Shown here piece by piece: positions 18,672 through 28,104 of a stretch of DNA of 64,000 nt. The number at the start of each line of letters is the position of its first letter. The stretch's first letter is position 1. The DNA comes from Gemmatimonadota bacterium (lineage in GTDB: Bacteria > Gemmatimonadota > Gemmatimonadetes > JACCXV01 > JAHWKZ01). The DNA is taken from contig DASRVA010000090.1 in assembly GCA_035687745.1 (NCBI GenBank), positions 291 through 64,290 on the forward strand. Reading direction: 5' to 3'. The notes below the pieces were generated by a model. It was not told the DNA's origin. It ran no database searches and worked only from the letters and a program-made list of their open reading frames with translations. Made by a program: the position numbers and the translations under genes.

Positions 18672-20284
18672 GCGCGGAGCGAGCCGGCCTCAGGGCTCAC
18701 CGATTGTCCTTCATGCCGGAGCATCCCGTCGAGGATGCGGCCATCGAGCTCCTCGGGGACGGGCTGTCCCAGCAAATGCAGGGCAGTGGGAGCGAAGTCG
18801 ATCGTTCGCACCCCCTCGAGCCGGGTGCCTTCGGCGATTCCGGGCCCTCCCGCGATCAGGAACCCGTCCCGAGCGTGTTGCGACTTTCTCACCGGATACC
18901 CCTCGGCCGAGATCGTTCCGAACCCGGGATGCTCGAGACCCTCGATGGGAGCGTCCTTGACCCACTGGACGATCAGGTCGGGAAGGTCGGGCAGATTCGG
19001 CCCCTGATAGACGTCGGCCGTCTTCACGATGCCGGCCACGGCCTGCCGCCCCGTCTGTGAGTTTCTCAACTCGAGCAGGTCTTCACGGAGCTGCTCCATC
19101 AGCGCCTCGGCCTCGATTCCGGGCTGTACGATGCCCATCGGCTCACGCCCTTCGAGGTTGAGGCTCAGCAGGGCCTGGAAATGGTCGCTGGGCAGGAGGA
19201 AGGCGCGTGTTTTCGACCAATCCTTCGTTCCTTCGAAGGCGCTCGAATCGGCTTCATCGTGGAAGCGTTCAGGGAGCCGGCTGTTGATCCTGTCGCGCAC
19301 CGATCGGGGGATCCTCTCCCGAAGCCACGCCGTCCATTCGAGGATCCGACCCACCCGGTTGGTCGCGCGGGCGTGCTCGGCCGGAACCGTGTAGCCGAGC
19401 CGTATCAGGACCTCCTCCATCATGTGGTTGGCGGTGAAGTTGGGCTCGATCCCGTGGACCGAGATCACGAACCAGTTCGCTCCTCGGGGGATCCTCTCGA
19501 ACAGCCGGCCGATCGCGGCGTCCACACGCGTGGCCACGTCGGCGAGGGCGTTCATCAATTCGGGGGGAGGGTCGGGCTCGTGCGCCCAGTGTTTCGAATC
19601 CGCATGGTGAAAAAACTGGTGATCCGCGTAGTGAACCTCCGAGAAAACCGAGAAGAAGAAGTCCCACGTCTCCTCGTCCAAGAGGTCTTCGATCGCCCGC
19701 CGCTTCCGTTCGACCGCCTCGAGCAGCGCGTTCCGCGTGCTCAGCTCCCAGTGCCGGGACGGCGGATGGACGATCTCAGGCGGGTGCGGGTGCTCCCCGT
19801 AGAGGGCGCGACATCGCCCGACCCGGTCGGGCGGGATCGATAACGGGCTCCGCAGCAGCGGATAATGCTCACCCCAGCCACAGATCTGCACCCCGTCCAG
19901 GCCCTCGATCGGAAACGTCTTGGGGACGTCCATGAGCGCGGAGCGCAGCCCCGTGCCCCGCAGGTACTGCCAGAAGGGGAGAACCCTGCAGTGATGGGCG
20001 TCCGTGCGCGCGATGTCGAGCGTCCCGCGCTGAAGCTGGAGATGATTGAAGAAGGCGTGCTTGGCGGGGGTCACGCCCGCGTTGAGGGTCGGCCATGGCG
20101 CGTCGCTGAACAAGTCCCTGGTCGATTCCAGCCGGGCGAAGGCGCCGCGCTCGATGAGTCCGGCCAGGAAAGGGAGCCGTCCCTCTGCCACCCATCGCTC
20201 CAGCAAATCCACATCGAAGGCGTCGAGTCCGAGGACGACGATCGGCGTCGGCTCCCGGGTCGAAGGCGAGGCGCTCTCGGTCAT
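18668..20284 (-). CDS. alkaline-phosphatase-superfamily enzyme, type I phosphodiesterase/nucleotide pyrophosphatase-like
   Basis: N-terminal IVVLGLDAFDVD metal-site motif, 538 aa. No sulfatase C/S-x-P-x-R motif seen. Confidence 0.65.
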   Translation of the reverse strand: MTESASPSTREPTPIVVLGLDAFDVDLLERWVAEGRLPFLAGLIERGAFARLESTRDLFSDAPWPTLNAGVTPAKHAFFNHLQLQRGTLDIARTDAHHCRVLPFWQYLRGTGLRSALMDVPKTFPIEGLDGVQICGWGEHYPLLRSPLSIPPDRVGRCRALYGEHPHPPEIVHPPSRHWELSTRNALLEAVERKRRAIEDLLDEETWDFFFSVFSEVHYADHQFFHHADSKHWAHEPDPPPELMNALADVATRVDAAIGRLFERIPRGANWFVISVHGIEPNFTANHMMEEVLIRLGYTVPAEHARATNRVGRILEWTAWLRERIPRSVRDRINSRLPERFHDEADSSAFEGTKDWSKTRAFLLPSDHFQALLSLNLEGREPMGIVQPGIEAEALMEQLREDLLELRNSQTGRQAVAGIVKTADVYQGPNLPDLPDLIVQWVKDAPIEGLEHPGFGTISAEGYPVRKSQHARDGFLIAGGPGIAEGTRLEGVRTIDFAPTALHLLGQPVPEELDGRILDGMLRHEGQSVSPEAGSLRA

Positions 20285-22158
20285 CGGTTCTCCACCTCAT
20301 GCGCGCGTTCGCACCTGCGATCACGGTCCCTATCAGAATAACCTGCCTCGCTCGCGCGGCCACGAGGGTCGTCGGTCGGCGGCCGGACGGCGCCGGGAGA
20401 CCAACCACGGCTCCCGAGTCTGCGCGGATCCGCGGTCGTCCGCAGGATGGGATACTCCGCCGCGCCTTCGAGCGCCGGATCGAGCACGTTCCAGTTCACG
20501 AGGCCGTCGTCGGAACGCGGCTCGAGCAGGAGGAAGGCGAGGCGCGCGAGCGGCTGCTCCATGGGAACGACGACGGTGTCGGCCGGCACCCGGCGGCGGC
20601 TCGCCGACCACGCGCCCTCGAGCGTCCGCTCCCGGTGCCCCTGGAACTCCTCCTCGGCCTGGCGCGAGGCGGCGATCCGAAACACCTCGACCTCCAGCTC
20701 GCGGTCGACTGCCAGGGGCTCGGTTGGGATCCCGTGGACCGCCAGCCGATCGAGGACCTCTTCGAGGTCGGCCGGGATCAGGTAGGCCGCCGGGACACGC
20801 TCGGTCTCGGTGGCGCGGAAGGCGCCATACTCGGGCATCCGCTCGGACCGCACGACGTCATGGCGGCGGAGCACGGTCTCGCCGGTATACGGGTGCCGCT
20901 CCTCCTCGACCTCCCCCAGCAGGATCTCGACGTCCTCCCGGGTGAGGGCGTGCTCGGCCCGAAGCCCGAGCTCCGTCCCGACCAGGGAGCGGCCGTCGGC
21001 CGCCGCCGCGATCCGGCGGATCTCTCCGGCATTCCGCCAGAGGTAGTCCAGGTTCTCGACGACGAATCGCTTCGTCACCTCGACGCGATCCCGGAAGGGC
21101 AGGTACGCGAACGCCTCCGACAGGACCCCGAAGCGGTTCCGCAGGCCCACGTAGTTCGTGCCGAACCGGGGGCGATGATCGAACGTGTACCACGCGCGCG
21201 GCACCGTCGCGTCGTCGGCGCCGTCCACGCCGGCATCGGGGAGATTGCCGTAGTAGTAGGAAAGCCAGGCCGGATCGCCCTCCGCCATCCCTCTCGTGAC
21301 TTCGGGCAGCCAGGCGTTCCGCAGGTGGTCGTCGATCTCTGGATCGGTGTCCGGGTGCAGCGGCGGCGAGTAGGTCAGGTGGTAGGCGTGGAGGGTCCCG
21401 TTCGTCGTGTGGAGGTCGATCACGACGTGCGGGTCGAGATCACGGAGGAGCCCGACCAGCGATCGCGCCTCCGGCGTATCCAGCTTCATGAAATCGCGAT
21501 TCAGGTCATAACCCTGGACGTTGGGCCTCTGCCCCATGCCCCCGATCGGCCCGTTCTGGAGCGGCCGGTTGTCGAGCGCGATCCGCTCGTTGCCGTCGGC
21601 GTTGTAGATCGGGGCGAAGAAGAGGCGGAGCGAATCGCTCCACTCGACGTGGGCGCCAGCGACCAGCTCGCGCAGGAGGATCAGCGACGCCTCCTTCCCT
21701 TCGACCTCTCCGGCATGGATGTTGGCGAGGACGAGCACCCGAACGCGGTCGTTGTCCCCGCGCGCGGGTGTGGCGGCATCGGCCAGCGGTCCGGGCTCCA
21801 GGCCTGCATCCCATACCGCGTGCGGGAGCGAGCGCCCTTCCTGCGTATAGCCGAACGAGAGGACCTGGAGCGCCGGCGAGCCGGCCGCGAGGGAGTCCAG
21901 AAATGCCGTGACGTCGTCGTATCGCGAGGTCTCGCGATAGCCGCTCCGCTCCGCCCGCGTCTGGGGCCGGACGGCGGAGCGCTCGCCCGGGCGCTCCTGG
22001 CCGTTCATCGGCGCCACGGCGAGGAGGGTTGCCAGCGCGACCGCGTGGAGGGTCGCCAACCCCACCACGAGCGCCGTAGGCCCGATGGAACCGCGGCCTC
22101 CGCACCGGGGTTCGAGGATATGTGACCGCTCGTCCGCATCCCCGGAGGTGTCCGACAT
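20281..22158 (-). CDS. M14-family zinc carboxypeptidase with N-terminal membrane anchor/signal
   Basis: HAGEVEG zinc-binding motif, NADGNE, HTTNG; stop overlaps the AlkP start (ATGA). The start is uncertain and may be internal to the hydrophobic segment. Confidence 0.7.
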   Translation of the reverse strand: MSDTSGDADERSHILEPRCGGRGSIGPTALVVGLATLHAVALATLLAVAPMNGQERPGERSAVRPQTRAERSGYRETSRYDDVTAFLDSLAAGSPALQVLSFGYTQEGRSLPHAVWDAGLEPGPLADAATPARGDNDRVRVLVLANIHAGEVEGKEASLILLRELVAGAHVEWSDSLRLFFAPIYNADGNERIALDNRPLQNGPIGGMGQRPNVQGYDLNRDFMKLDTPEARSLVGLLRDLDPHVVIDLHTTNGTLHAYHLTYSPPLHPDTDPEIDDHLRNAWLPEVTRGMAEGDPAWLSYYYGNLPDAGVDGADDATVPRAWYTFDHRPRFGTNYVGLRNRFGVLSEAFAYLPFRDRVEVTKRFVVENLDYLWRNAGEIRRIAAAADGRSLVGTELGLRAEHALTREDVEILLGEVEEERHPYTGETVLRRHDVVRSERMPEYGAFRATETERVPAAYLIPADLEEVLDRLAVHGIPTEPLAVDRELEVEVFRIAASRQAEEEFQGHRERTLEGAWSASRRRVPADTVVVPMEQPLARLAFLLLEPRSDDGLVNWNVLDPALEGAAEYPILRTTADPRRLGSRGWSPGAVRPPTDDPRGRASEAGYSDRDRDRRCERAHEVENR

Positions 22159-22585
22159 GATCCGCTCCCTTCCCGTACTCGTGATACCGCTTCTGCTGGC
22201 CGGCTGCCGATCGGCGCCCGGCGGAGAGGAGGATCGCGAAGTCCTGCGCATCGCCGTCGTCGAGCCGACCCTCACGGCCGGGACATCGGCCGAGGTTCAG
22301 CTCGAGAACCTCTCCGATCGGACGATCGGGTTCAACCTGTGCCCGAAGGTAGTCGAGCGGGGCGACGGGACTTCCTGGACCCCGATCCCGCAGACGCGGC
22401 CCGACGCGTGCACGTTGGAGCTTTACGTCCTGGCGGCCGGGGAGACGGTGGTTCAGACGATCGAGATCCCTGCCGGCCTCGAGCCGGGCACACATCGCAT
22501 CGTGTTCGAGGGGATCTCGTTCGAGCAGGGCGATCCGGCGATCCCTCCCTCGGAAAGGGCCAGCGACCCCTTCGAGATCGAGTGA
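22157..22585 (+). CDS. small lipoprotein, function unknown
   Basis: GGAGG RBS 8 nt upstream of ATG 22157; signal peptide MIRSLPVLVIPLLLAGC with lipobox LAGC. Confidence 0.5.
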   Translation: MIRSLPVLVIPLLLAGCRSAPGGEEDREVLRIAVVEPTLTAGTSAEVQLENLSDRTIGFNLCPKVVERGDGTSWTPIPQTRPDACTLELYVLAAGETVVQTIEIPAGLEPGTHRIVFEGISFEQGDPAIPPSERASDPFEIE

Positions 22586-22926
22586 CAGGCCCGCTGACCG
22601 GCTCGACGGAACCGTCGGGCCGCCTCCCGAACGACCCCCTTGACGGGCGGCGCCCCCGACGGCATCCTTGGGAGCCCGTTTTCCTGTGCACCCTCCTCAT
22701 CCCGGAGAGGACGATCGTGAGAGCGCCTGTCAGCTCCACCCCGCGGCGATTCTTCGCCTGAAGCGCACGGGCGCTCACGGTTCGATTCTCGATCCGTCTG
22801 AAAGCCTGACCCTCCCCTCCTGAAGGGGAGCTCCGACGCCTGAAGCCGTTCCACGGCTCCGTTCGGCGTCTCTCGAACGCCCGTCTCAACCATCGATGAC
22901 GCTGGCCCGGCCAGCGCGAGGTCATC

Positions 22927-24384
22927 ATGTCGGATGCCTACGAAGCCGTGGAACTTCCGGTCGCCGTCCCGTGCGAGGCACCGGTCGGTCCACCCTCACC
23001 CCAGGGGTTGCTCGCGGACCTCCGCGCCGCGGTGCGGGGAACGGAGCAGGACTACACCGAAGGCCCGATCGGACGGGCGCTTCTTCTGCTCGCCGTGCCG
23101 ATGGTGCTCGAGACCGTCATGGAGTCCGTGTTCGCACTCGTGGACGTGTTCTGGGTCTCCCGGCTGGGAGCCGCCGCGGTCGCGACGGTCGGGTTCACCG
23201 AGTCCGTCCTCACGCTCGTCTACACGGTCGGGCTCGGTCTCGGGTTCGGAGTCACCGCCATGGTCGCCCGGCGAATCGGGGAGAAGGACCCGGACGGCGC
23301 CGCTCGGACCGCCGTCCACGCGATCCTCCTGGGGATCGGTGTCGCGGCCTGCCTGGCGATCGCAGGAGGTCTGTGGGCCGAGGAGATCCTCGGGCTCATG
23401 GGCGCCTCGCCGGAGGTGGTCCGCACGGGGTCCGGCTACACGCGGATCATGCTGGTCGGGAACGCCACCGTGCTGCTTCTCTTTCTACTCAACGCGGCGT
23501 TCCGGGGAGCGGGAGACGCGGTCGTCGCGATGCGGGTGCTGTGGCTCGCCAACGGCATCAACATCGTCCTCGATCCGACCCTCATCTTCGGCTGGGGGCC
23601 GTTTCCCGAGCTCGGTCTGGACGGAGCCGCCGTGGCGACGAACGTCGGGCGTGGCGTGGCGGTGCTCGTCCAGCTCGCGATGCTGGCCCGGGCGAGCGGA
23701 CGCCTCCAGGTGCGTCGTCGGCACCTGGAATTCAGACCGGCGCTGCTTGCGCAGCTCGTGCGGCTCTCGGGGACCGGCGTCTTCCAGATCTTCGTGGCCA
23801 CGTCGAGCTGGATCGTCCTGACCCGCATCCTGGCCGGCTTCGGGACCCTCCCCGTCGCGGGCTACACCGTCGCGCTTCGGATCGTGATCTTCGCGCTGAT
23901 GCCGGCGTGGGGGCTCTCGAACGCCGCGGCGACGATGGTCGGCCAATCTCTCGGAGCCGGGAAGCCCGAGCGCGCCGAGCTATCGGTCCGGATGGCGGGG
24001 GTCGCGGACATGGCGATCCTGGGCCTGACGGGGCTGGTGTTCTTCGTGTTCACGCCCGAGCTGGTGGGGTTCTTCACGTCGGACCCCGGCGTCGCCCGGT
24101 GGGGGGTCCTGTGTCTCCGCATCGTCGTGGTCGGTTTCCCCTTCTACGCCCTGGGCATGGTCTATGTCCAGTCGTTCAACGGGGCCGGCGACCCGTGGAC
24201 CCCGACCTGGATCAACCTGTGCTGCTTCTGGCTCTTCGAGCTCCCGCTGGCGTGGGTTCTCGCCCACGGGCTCGGGCACGGACCGATGGGCGTCTTCGTG
24301 GCAATCGCGCTGGCCGAGTCGTCGCTGGCCGTCGTCAGCGCGCTGTTGTTCCGGCGGGGGAGCTGGAAGACGAAGAAGGTGTAG
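22927..24384 (+). CDS. MATE-family efflux transporter
   Basis: 485 aa, 12-TM architecture, MATE signature regions. Confidence 0.85.
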   Translation: MSDAYEAVELPVAVPCEAPVGPPSPQGLLADLRAAVRGTEQDYTEGPIGRALLLLAVPMVLETVMESVFALVDVFWVSRLGAAAVATVGFTESVLTLVYTVGLGLGFGVTAMVARRIGEKDPDGAARTAVHAILLGIGVAACLAIAGGLWAEEILGLMGASPEVVRTGSGYTRIMLVGNATVLLLFLLNAAFRGAGDAVVAMRVLWLANGINIVLDPTLIFGWGPFPELGLDGAAVATNVGRGVAVLVQLAMLARASGRLQVRRRHLEFRPALLAQLVRLSGTGVFQIFVATSSWIVLTRILAGFGTLPVAGYTVALRIVIFALMPAWGLSNAAATMVGQSLGAGKPERAELSVRMAGVADMAILGLTGLVFFVFTPELVGFFTSDPGVARWGVLCLRIVVVGFPFYALGMVYVQSFNGAGDPWTPTWINLCCFWLFELPLAWVLAHGLGHGPMGVFVAIALAESSLAVVSALLFRRGSWKTKKV

Positions 24385-24390
24385 GCGCCG

Positions 24391-25179
24391 TCAGAACGCA
24401 CGGCGGGCTATTACGCCCCCGCCGTCCACGACCAGGTTTGCGCCCGTGATCCAGCGAGCGGCGTCGGATGCGAGAAAGAGACAGGCGTCGGCCACGTCCT
24501 CGGGCGTGCCCATGCGCCCGAGGGGCGCTGCCTGGAGCCAGCGTTCGACGCCTTCGGGCCATTCCTCCTCGATCCCCTCCCGGCCCATCAGCCCAGGTGA
24601 CACGGCGTTCACGCGGATCCCGCGCGGACCGAGCTCGAGCGCCGCGGCGCGCGTGTACATGAGCACCCCCGCCTTGGCTGCGTCGTAGTGTGCGTGCATC
24701 GGCATCGGCTGAAGGGCTTCCACCGAGGCTATGTTCACGATCGCGGCGCCGTCCTCCATCCGGCGGGCCGCGGCCTGGGTGCAGAGGTGGACGCTCTTGA
24801 GGTTCGTGTCTACGACGGACTCCCACTCGCCCTCGCTCATCTCGATCAGCGACGCGACGGGATAGATGCCCGCGTTATTGACGACGATGTCCAGACGGCC
24901 GAGCCACTGAACGGCGGCAGCGAACAGGCGCTCGACTTCCTCGCCCCGCGTCAGGTCGGCCTGGAGGGCCCGCGCGCCTCCTCCGGCGGACTCGATTACC
25001 TCGACCAGTCCGCGAGCACCGCTCTCGTTCGTCCGAAAGTGGACGACAACCGAAGCCCCGGCTTCGGCGAAGCGCCGCGCGATGCCTCGGCCGTGTCCGC
25101 TACCGCTGCCCGTGACGATCGCCACCCTGCCTTGGAGATCCAGGAGATCGGCTACCGGCGGGGGCATCGAGGCGCTCAC
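24391..25179 (-). CDS. SDR-family oxidoreductase
   Basis: TGSGSGHGRG Rossmann motif, NNAG, YDAAK catalytic motif. Confidence 0.8.
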   Translation of the reverse strand: MSASMPPPVADLLDLQGRVAIVTGSGSGHGRGIARRFAEAGASVVVHFRTNESGARGLVEVIESAGGGARALQADLTRGEEVERLFAAAVQWLGRLDIVVNNAGIYPVASLIEMSEGEWESVVDTNLKSVHLCTQAAARRMEDGAAIVNIASVEALQPMPMHAHYDAAKAGVLMYTRAAALELGPRGIRVNAVSPGLMGREGIEEEWPEGVERWLQAAPLGRMGTPEDVADACLFLASDAARWITGANLVVDGGGVIARRAF

Positions 25180-25724
25180 GGTGAGCCGCTCCCCGGCGAT
25201 GGTTCGCGGGTCAGCGCACGGATCCGCCCGGCGGCCTCCGGGTAGCCCGCGACGAGCTCGTCCCGGTCGCCCGCCTCGTAGTCGGCGAACTCGAAGCCCG
25301 GGGCCATCGTCGTTCCGAGAAGAGACCAGCTCCCTCCCGGCGCGACGCGAGAGCCCTGCCAGACGCCGCGCGGGACGACGAACTGCACCTTCTCTGCTCC
25401 CAGCACGTCATGACCGAGGGCCACGGTCTCGCTGCGGCCGTCCGGATACAGCAGCAGCATCTCGACAGGGTCGCCCAGATAGAAGTGATAGACCTCGTCG
25501 GTCGGCAGGTGATGGAGCGCCGAGAATGAATCGGGGTCCGACGTGAGCAGGTAGAGGATGGCGGTGCCGAACGACCGATCGCCGCGGTAGCGGACCGGAA
25601 GCGTTCCGGCGGGAGCGGTCTCCTTCGCCCGCCACGTCTCCCGATAGTGTCCCCCCTCGTCGGGAAGCGGCACGAGCCCCAGACGCTCGATGAGGGAAGC
25701 CGCCTCTAGTCTGGGTCCGTCCAC
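25176..25724 (-). CDS. cupin-fold protein (DUF985-like)
   Basis: 182 aa; stop overlaps the SDR start (ATGA). Confidence 0.6.
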   Translation of the reverse strand: MDGPRLEAASLIERLGLVPLPDEGGHYRETWRAKETAPAGTLPVRYRGDRSFGTAILYLLTSDPDSFSALHHLPTDEVYHFYLGDPVEMLLLYPDGRSETVALGHDVLGAEKVQFVVPRGVWQGSRVAPGGSWSLLGTTMAPGFEFADYEAGDRDELVAGYPEAAGRIRALTREPSPGSGSP

Positions 25725-27064
25725 ACGCCCCTGTGGATGACGGCGTCAAGCGCCCGGAAGGCGGTCGCGCTCTGGCGTGGGTCTTCCGAGAGGATGAGGA
25801 TGTCGGCAACCCGGCCCGCCTCGAGAGTGCCCAGATCGGGGCGGCGCAGCGCTTGCGCGCCGTTACGGGTGGCCATCACCAGGAGATCCTGCGGCGGAAT
25901 CCCGGCCGCCTCCATCGCGTCGAGCTCCTCGTGCACGGAGACGCCGTGAAGGGTGAGGGGATTGCCGGCGTCGGTCGCCAGCACGATGGGGATCCCCGCG
26001 GCGTGCACGCGCCGCAGGTTGGCGGTCATGACCTCCAGGCCCCGCGCGGACCGCTCACGCCCGGCCGCGATCATCTCCGGCGTGATGCCCTCGTCAGAGA
26101 CAAGCTCCTGGAGCTCGGGTGCCGCCCGCAGCTTCTCCTCCGTCCACGGGTCCACGCAACCCAGGGGATCGTCCCACTCGGGGACCGTGTCTCCAGTTAC
26201 GGCGGCCACGACGGCGCGGCCCCAGTTCCGGCCCACGAGCAGGGTCGGCGCGTAGATCGTTCCACGCTCCTTCATGAGCGCCAGAAACTCCTCGTCCACC
26301 GGTTCGTCATCGACCGAGTGGACGAGCATGAACGCGCCGGCATCCACCGCGACCCTGGCGGCCCTCAGCTCCGTGGCGTGGACGATCAGCGGCAGGCCGA
26401 CCGAACGGGCCTCGTCGGCCACGGCCCGGAACCGATCCTCGATCTCGTCCCATATCGAGTCCGGTGGCATCAGATACCAGACCTTGACCGCGTCGGCCCC
26501 CAGCCCGGCCAGCTCCCGTACCCCCGCACGGCCGGCTTCCGCGCTCGTCAGCATGATGAACTGACCGCCATCGCTCTCGGTGCTCAGGATCTCCAGCCCC
26601 GCGTGCGAGATCAGGGGGCCGGCGGCGCGGATGTGGGGGGCGGCGGGGTCGTCCGCCGTGGTCCGCGCCATGTCGATCGTCCAGCGGAAGCCTCCGACAT
26701 CGAACACCCCGGTGACGCCGGCGCACAGGTAGCTCGCGTAGAACCGACCGGGATTCGATCGCAGGTCCGCGACGAGCTCCTCGTAGGGGTAGCGCTCGCG
26801 GAGATCGAGCCCGTCGGGGCGTCCGTCGAGCCAGCCCGTCTGGCTGAAATGGACGTGCGCGTCGATCAGCCCCGGCGTCAGGTACTTCCCGGTCACGTCA
26901 TGGATCTCCGCCCCGTCGGGCACCGGGCAGCTGGCGTGACTCCCAACGCACTCGATCGTGTCCGAGGAGAAGAGGAGCACGCCGTCGTCGATCGCCGGAC
27001 CACCGGTTCCGTCCAGGATCGTCGCGCCTACGAGGGCGGTGGCGGCACCGCCCTCGGCGTCCAC
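25706..27064 (-). CDS. amidohydrolase-family metallo-hydrolase
   Basis: GLIDAHVH metal-binding motif, ATDAGN, C-terminal ADILILSEDP. An in-frame lipoprotein-like signal peptide lies upstream without a canonical start codon (see findings). Confidence 0.75.
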   Translation of the reverse strand: MDAEGGAATALVGATILDGTGGPAIDDGVLLFSSDTIECVGSHASCPVPDGAEIHDVTGKYLTPGLIDAHVHFSQTGWLDGRPDGLDLRERYPYEELVADLRSNPGRFYASYLCAGVTGVFDVGGFRWTIDMARTTADDPAAPHIRAAGPLISHAGLEILSTESDGGQFIMLTSAEAGRAGVRELAGLGADAVKVWYLMPPDSIWDEIEDRFRAVADEARSVGLPLIVHATELRAARVAVDAGAFMLVHSVDDEPVDEEFLALMKERGTIYAPTLLVGRNWGRAVVAAVTGDTVPEWDDPLGCVDPWTEEKLRAAPELQELVSDEGITPEMIAAGRERSARGLEVMTANLRRVHAAGIPIVLATDAGNPLTLHGVSVHEELDAMEAAGIPPQDLLVMATRNGAQALRRPDLGTLEAGRVADILILSEDPRQSATAFRALDAVIHRGVWTDPD

Positions 27065-27134
27065 GCCCGATCCGTCCGCGCACGCTGCGAGCAGGACGGC
27101 GGCCCAGAAGACCAGGGCGCGGCTCGGATTCAGG

Positions 27135-27593
27135 TCAGTTTCCTGCTGCGGCGGCTCCCTCGTTCATCCCGGTGTTGGGACCCAACGTGTAGAGCCCGTC
27201 CCGGTGATGGGGACACGCCTCGTCGAACGCGGTAGGGGCGTCGCCGTACTGCTCCTCGGCCCGATCCTGCGCTTCCTGCGACGCATCCACGATCGCCTGG
27301 ATGGTCGGGGCGATCGTGTAGATGACGATGTTCCACTCGTCGGCCCACCAGTGGAACAGGTAGCCGTAATCCTGCACCATCCCTTCCTGGACCAGCGCCT
27401 CCCAGATCGGGATGTCGCGGCTTTCCAACTCCTGCTCGATACGCTCGCCGTTTCCGCCGCCGAGGTCACACATGAAGAAGGACAGCCGGACGACGGGCGG
27501 GTCCTCCTCCTGCTCGGCCGGCTGCTGGGCGACCGCGACCCCCGTAAGGGGCAACAGGGAGAAAACAAGAACGGCTGTGACCAGCTTCAACAC
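27135..27593 (-). CDS. small secreted acidic protein, hypothetical
   Basis: Signal peptide MLKLVTAVLVFSLLPLTGVAVAQQ; 152 aa. Confidence 0.45.
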   Translation of the reverse strand: MLKLVTAVLVFSLLPLTGVAVAQQPAEQEEDPPVVRLSFFMCDLGGGNGERIEQELESRDIPIWEALVQEGMVQDYGYLFHWWADEWNIVIYTIAPTIQAIVDASQEAQDRAEEQYGDAPTAFDEACPHHRDGLYTLGPNTGMNEGAAAAGN

Positions 27594-27624
27594 GGGTACC
27601 TCCTGGGTCCGCTGTTCTGCCTGA

Positions 27625-28104
27625 TTACTTGGCCCGATTCATGTTCACGGTCGTGACCTCGTCGGAGTGCTCAGAGAAGAAAGGCAGGAAGTCCTCCTCG
27701 GTCGCCTTGTCGGCCGCCTCCCGCTCGGGTGTGCCCTCAGGGAAGTTTTCGTCGTACCAATCGCTCTGGAACTCCTCCGACAGGTACAGGCCTTCGAGCG
27801 ACTCATACTCCGAGATGAACCATGCGTTGGCTTTGCCACCGCCGTAATGATGGCGGGCAAAACGGAAGCTGAGCACGTTGGGATCGGCCTTCGCCGGGGG
27901 AATGATGTACGTGTCGACGTACTCGTTGAAGTTTTCGCCCTGGCCAAGCGGGATCGTGAACGCCGTGATCGTGAGCGTCCGGGTCTCGGGCTCCGCTTCC
28001 TGACCCTGGACCGCGCGCGGAGCGCTCAGAATGGTCATCACGCCAGCCAAAATCCACAGTGACCTGCAAATGGTCGACAGCACACCGAGCCTCTGAACCC
28101 TCAT
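27625..28104 (-). CDS. small secreted acidic protein, hypothetical
   Basis: ATG 28104 with AGGAG RBS; signal peptide MRVQRLGVLSTICRSLWILAGVMTILSAPRAVQG. Confidence 0.45.
   Translation of the reverse strand: MRVQRLGVLSTICRSLWILAGVMTILSAPRAVQGQEAEPETRTLTITAFTIPLGQGENFNEYVDTYIIPPAKADPNVLSFRFARHHYGGGKANAWFISEYESLEGLYLSEEFQSDWYDENFPEGTPEREAADKATEEDFLPFFSEHSDEVTTVNMNRAK

Noticed and set aside
22771-22800. tRNA T-arm-like GGTTCGATTC in the MATE leader
   Set aside because: No flanking acceptor, D or anticodon stems could be folded; the flanking stems do not pair as a T-arm.
20299-27235. Large antisense ORFs (20299-22125 +, 22896-24449 +, 25733-27235 +)
   Set aside because: They mirror the M14, MATE and amidohydrolase genes and have compositionally biased translations.
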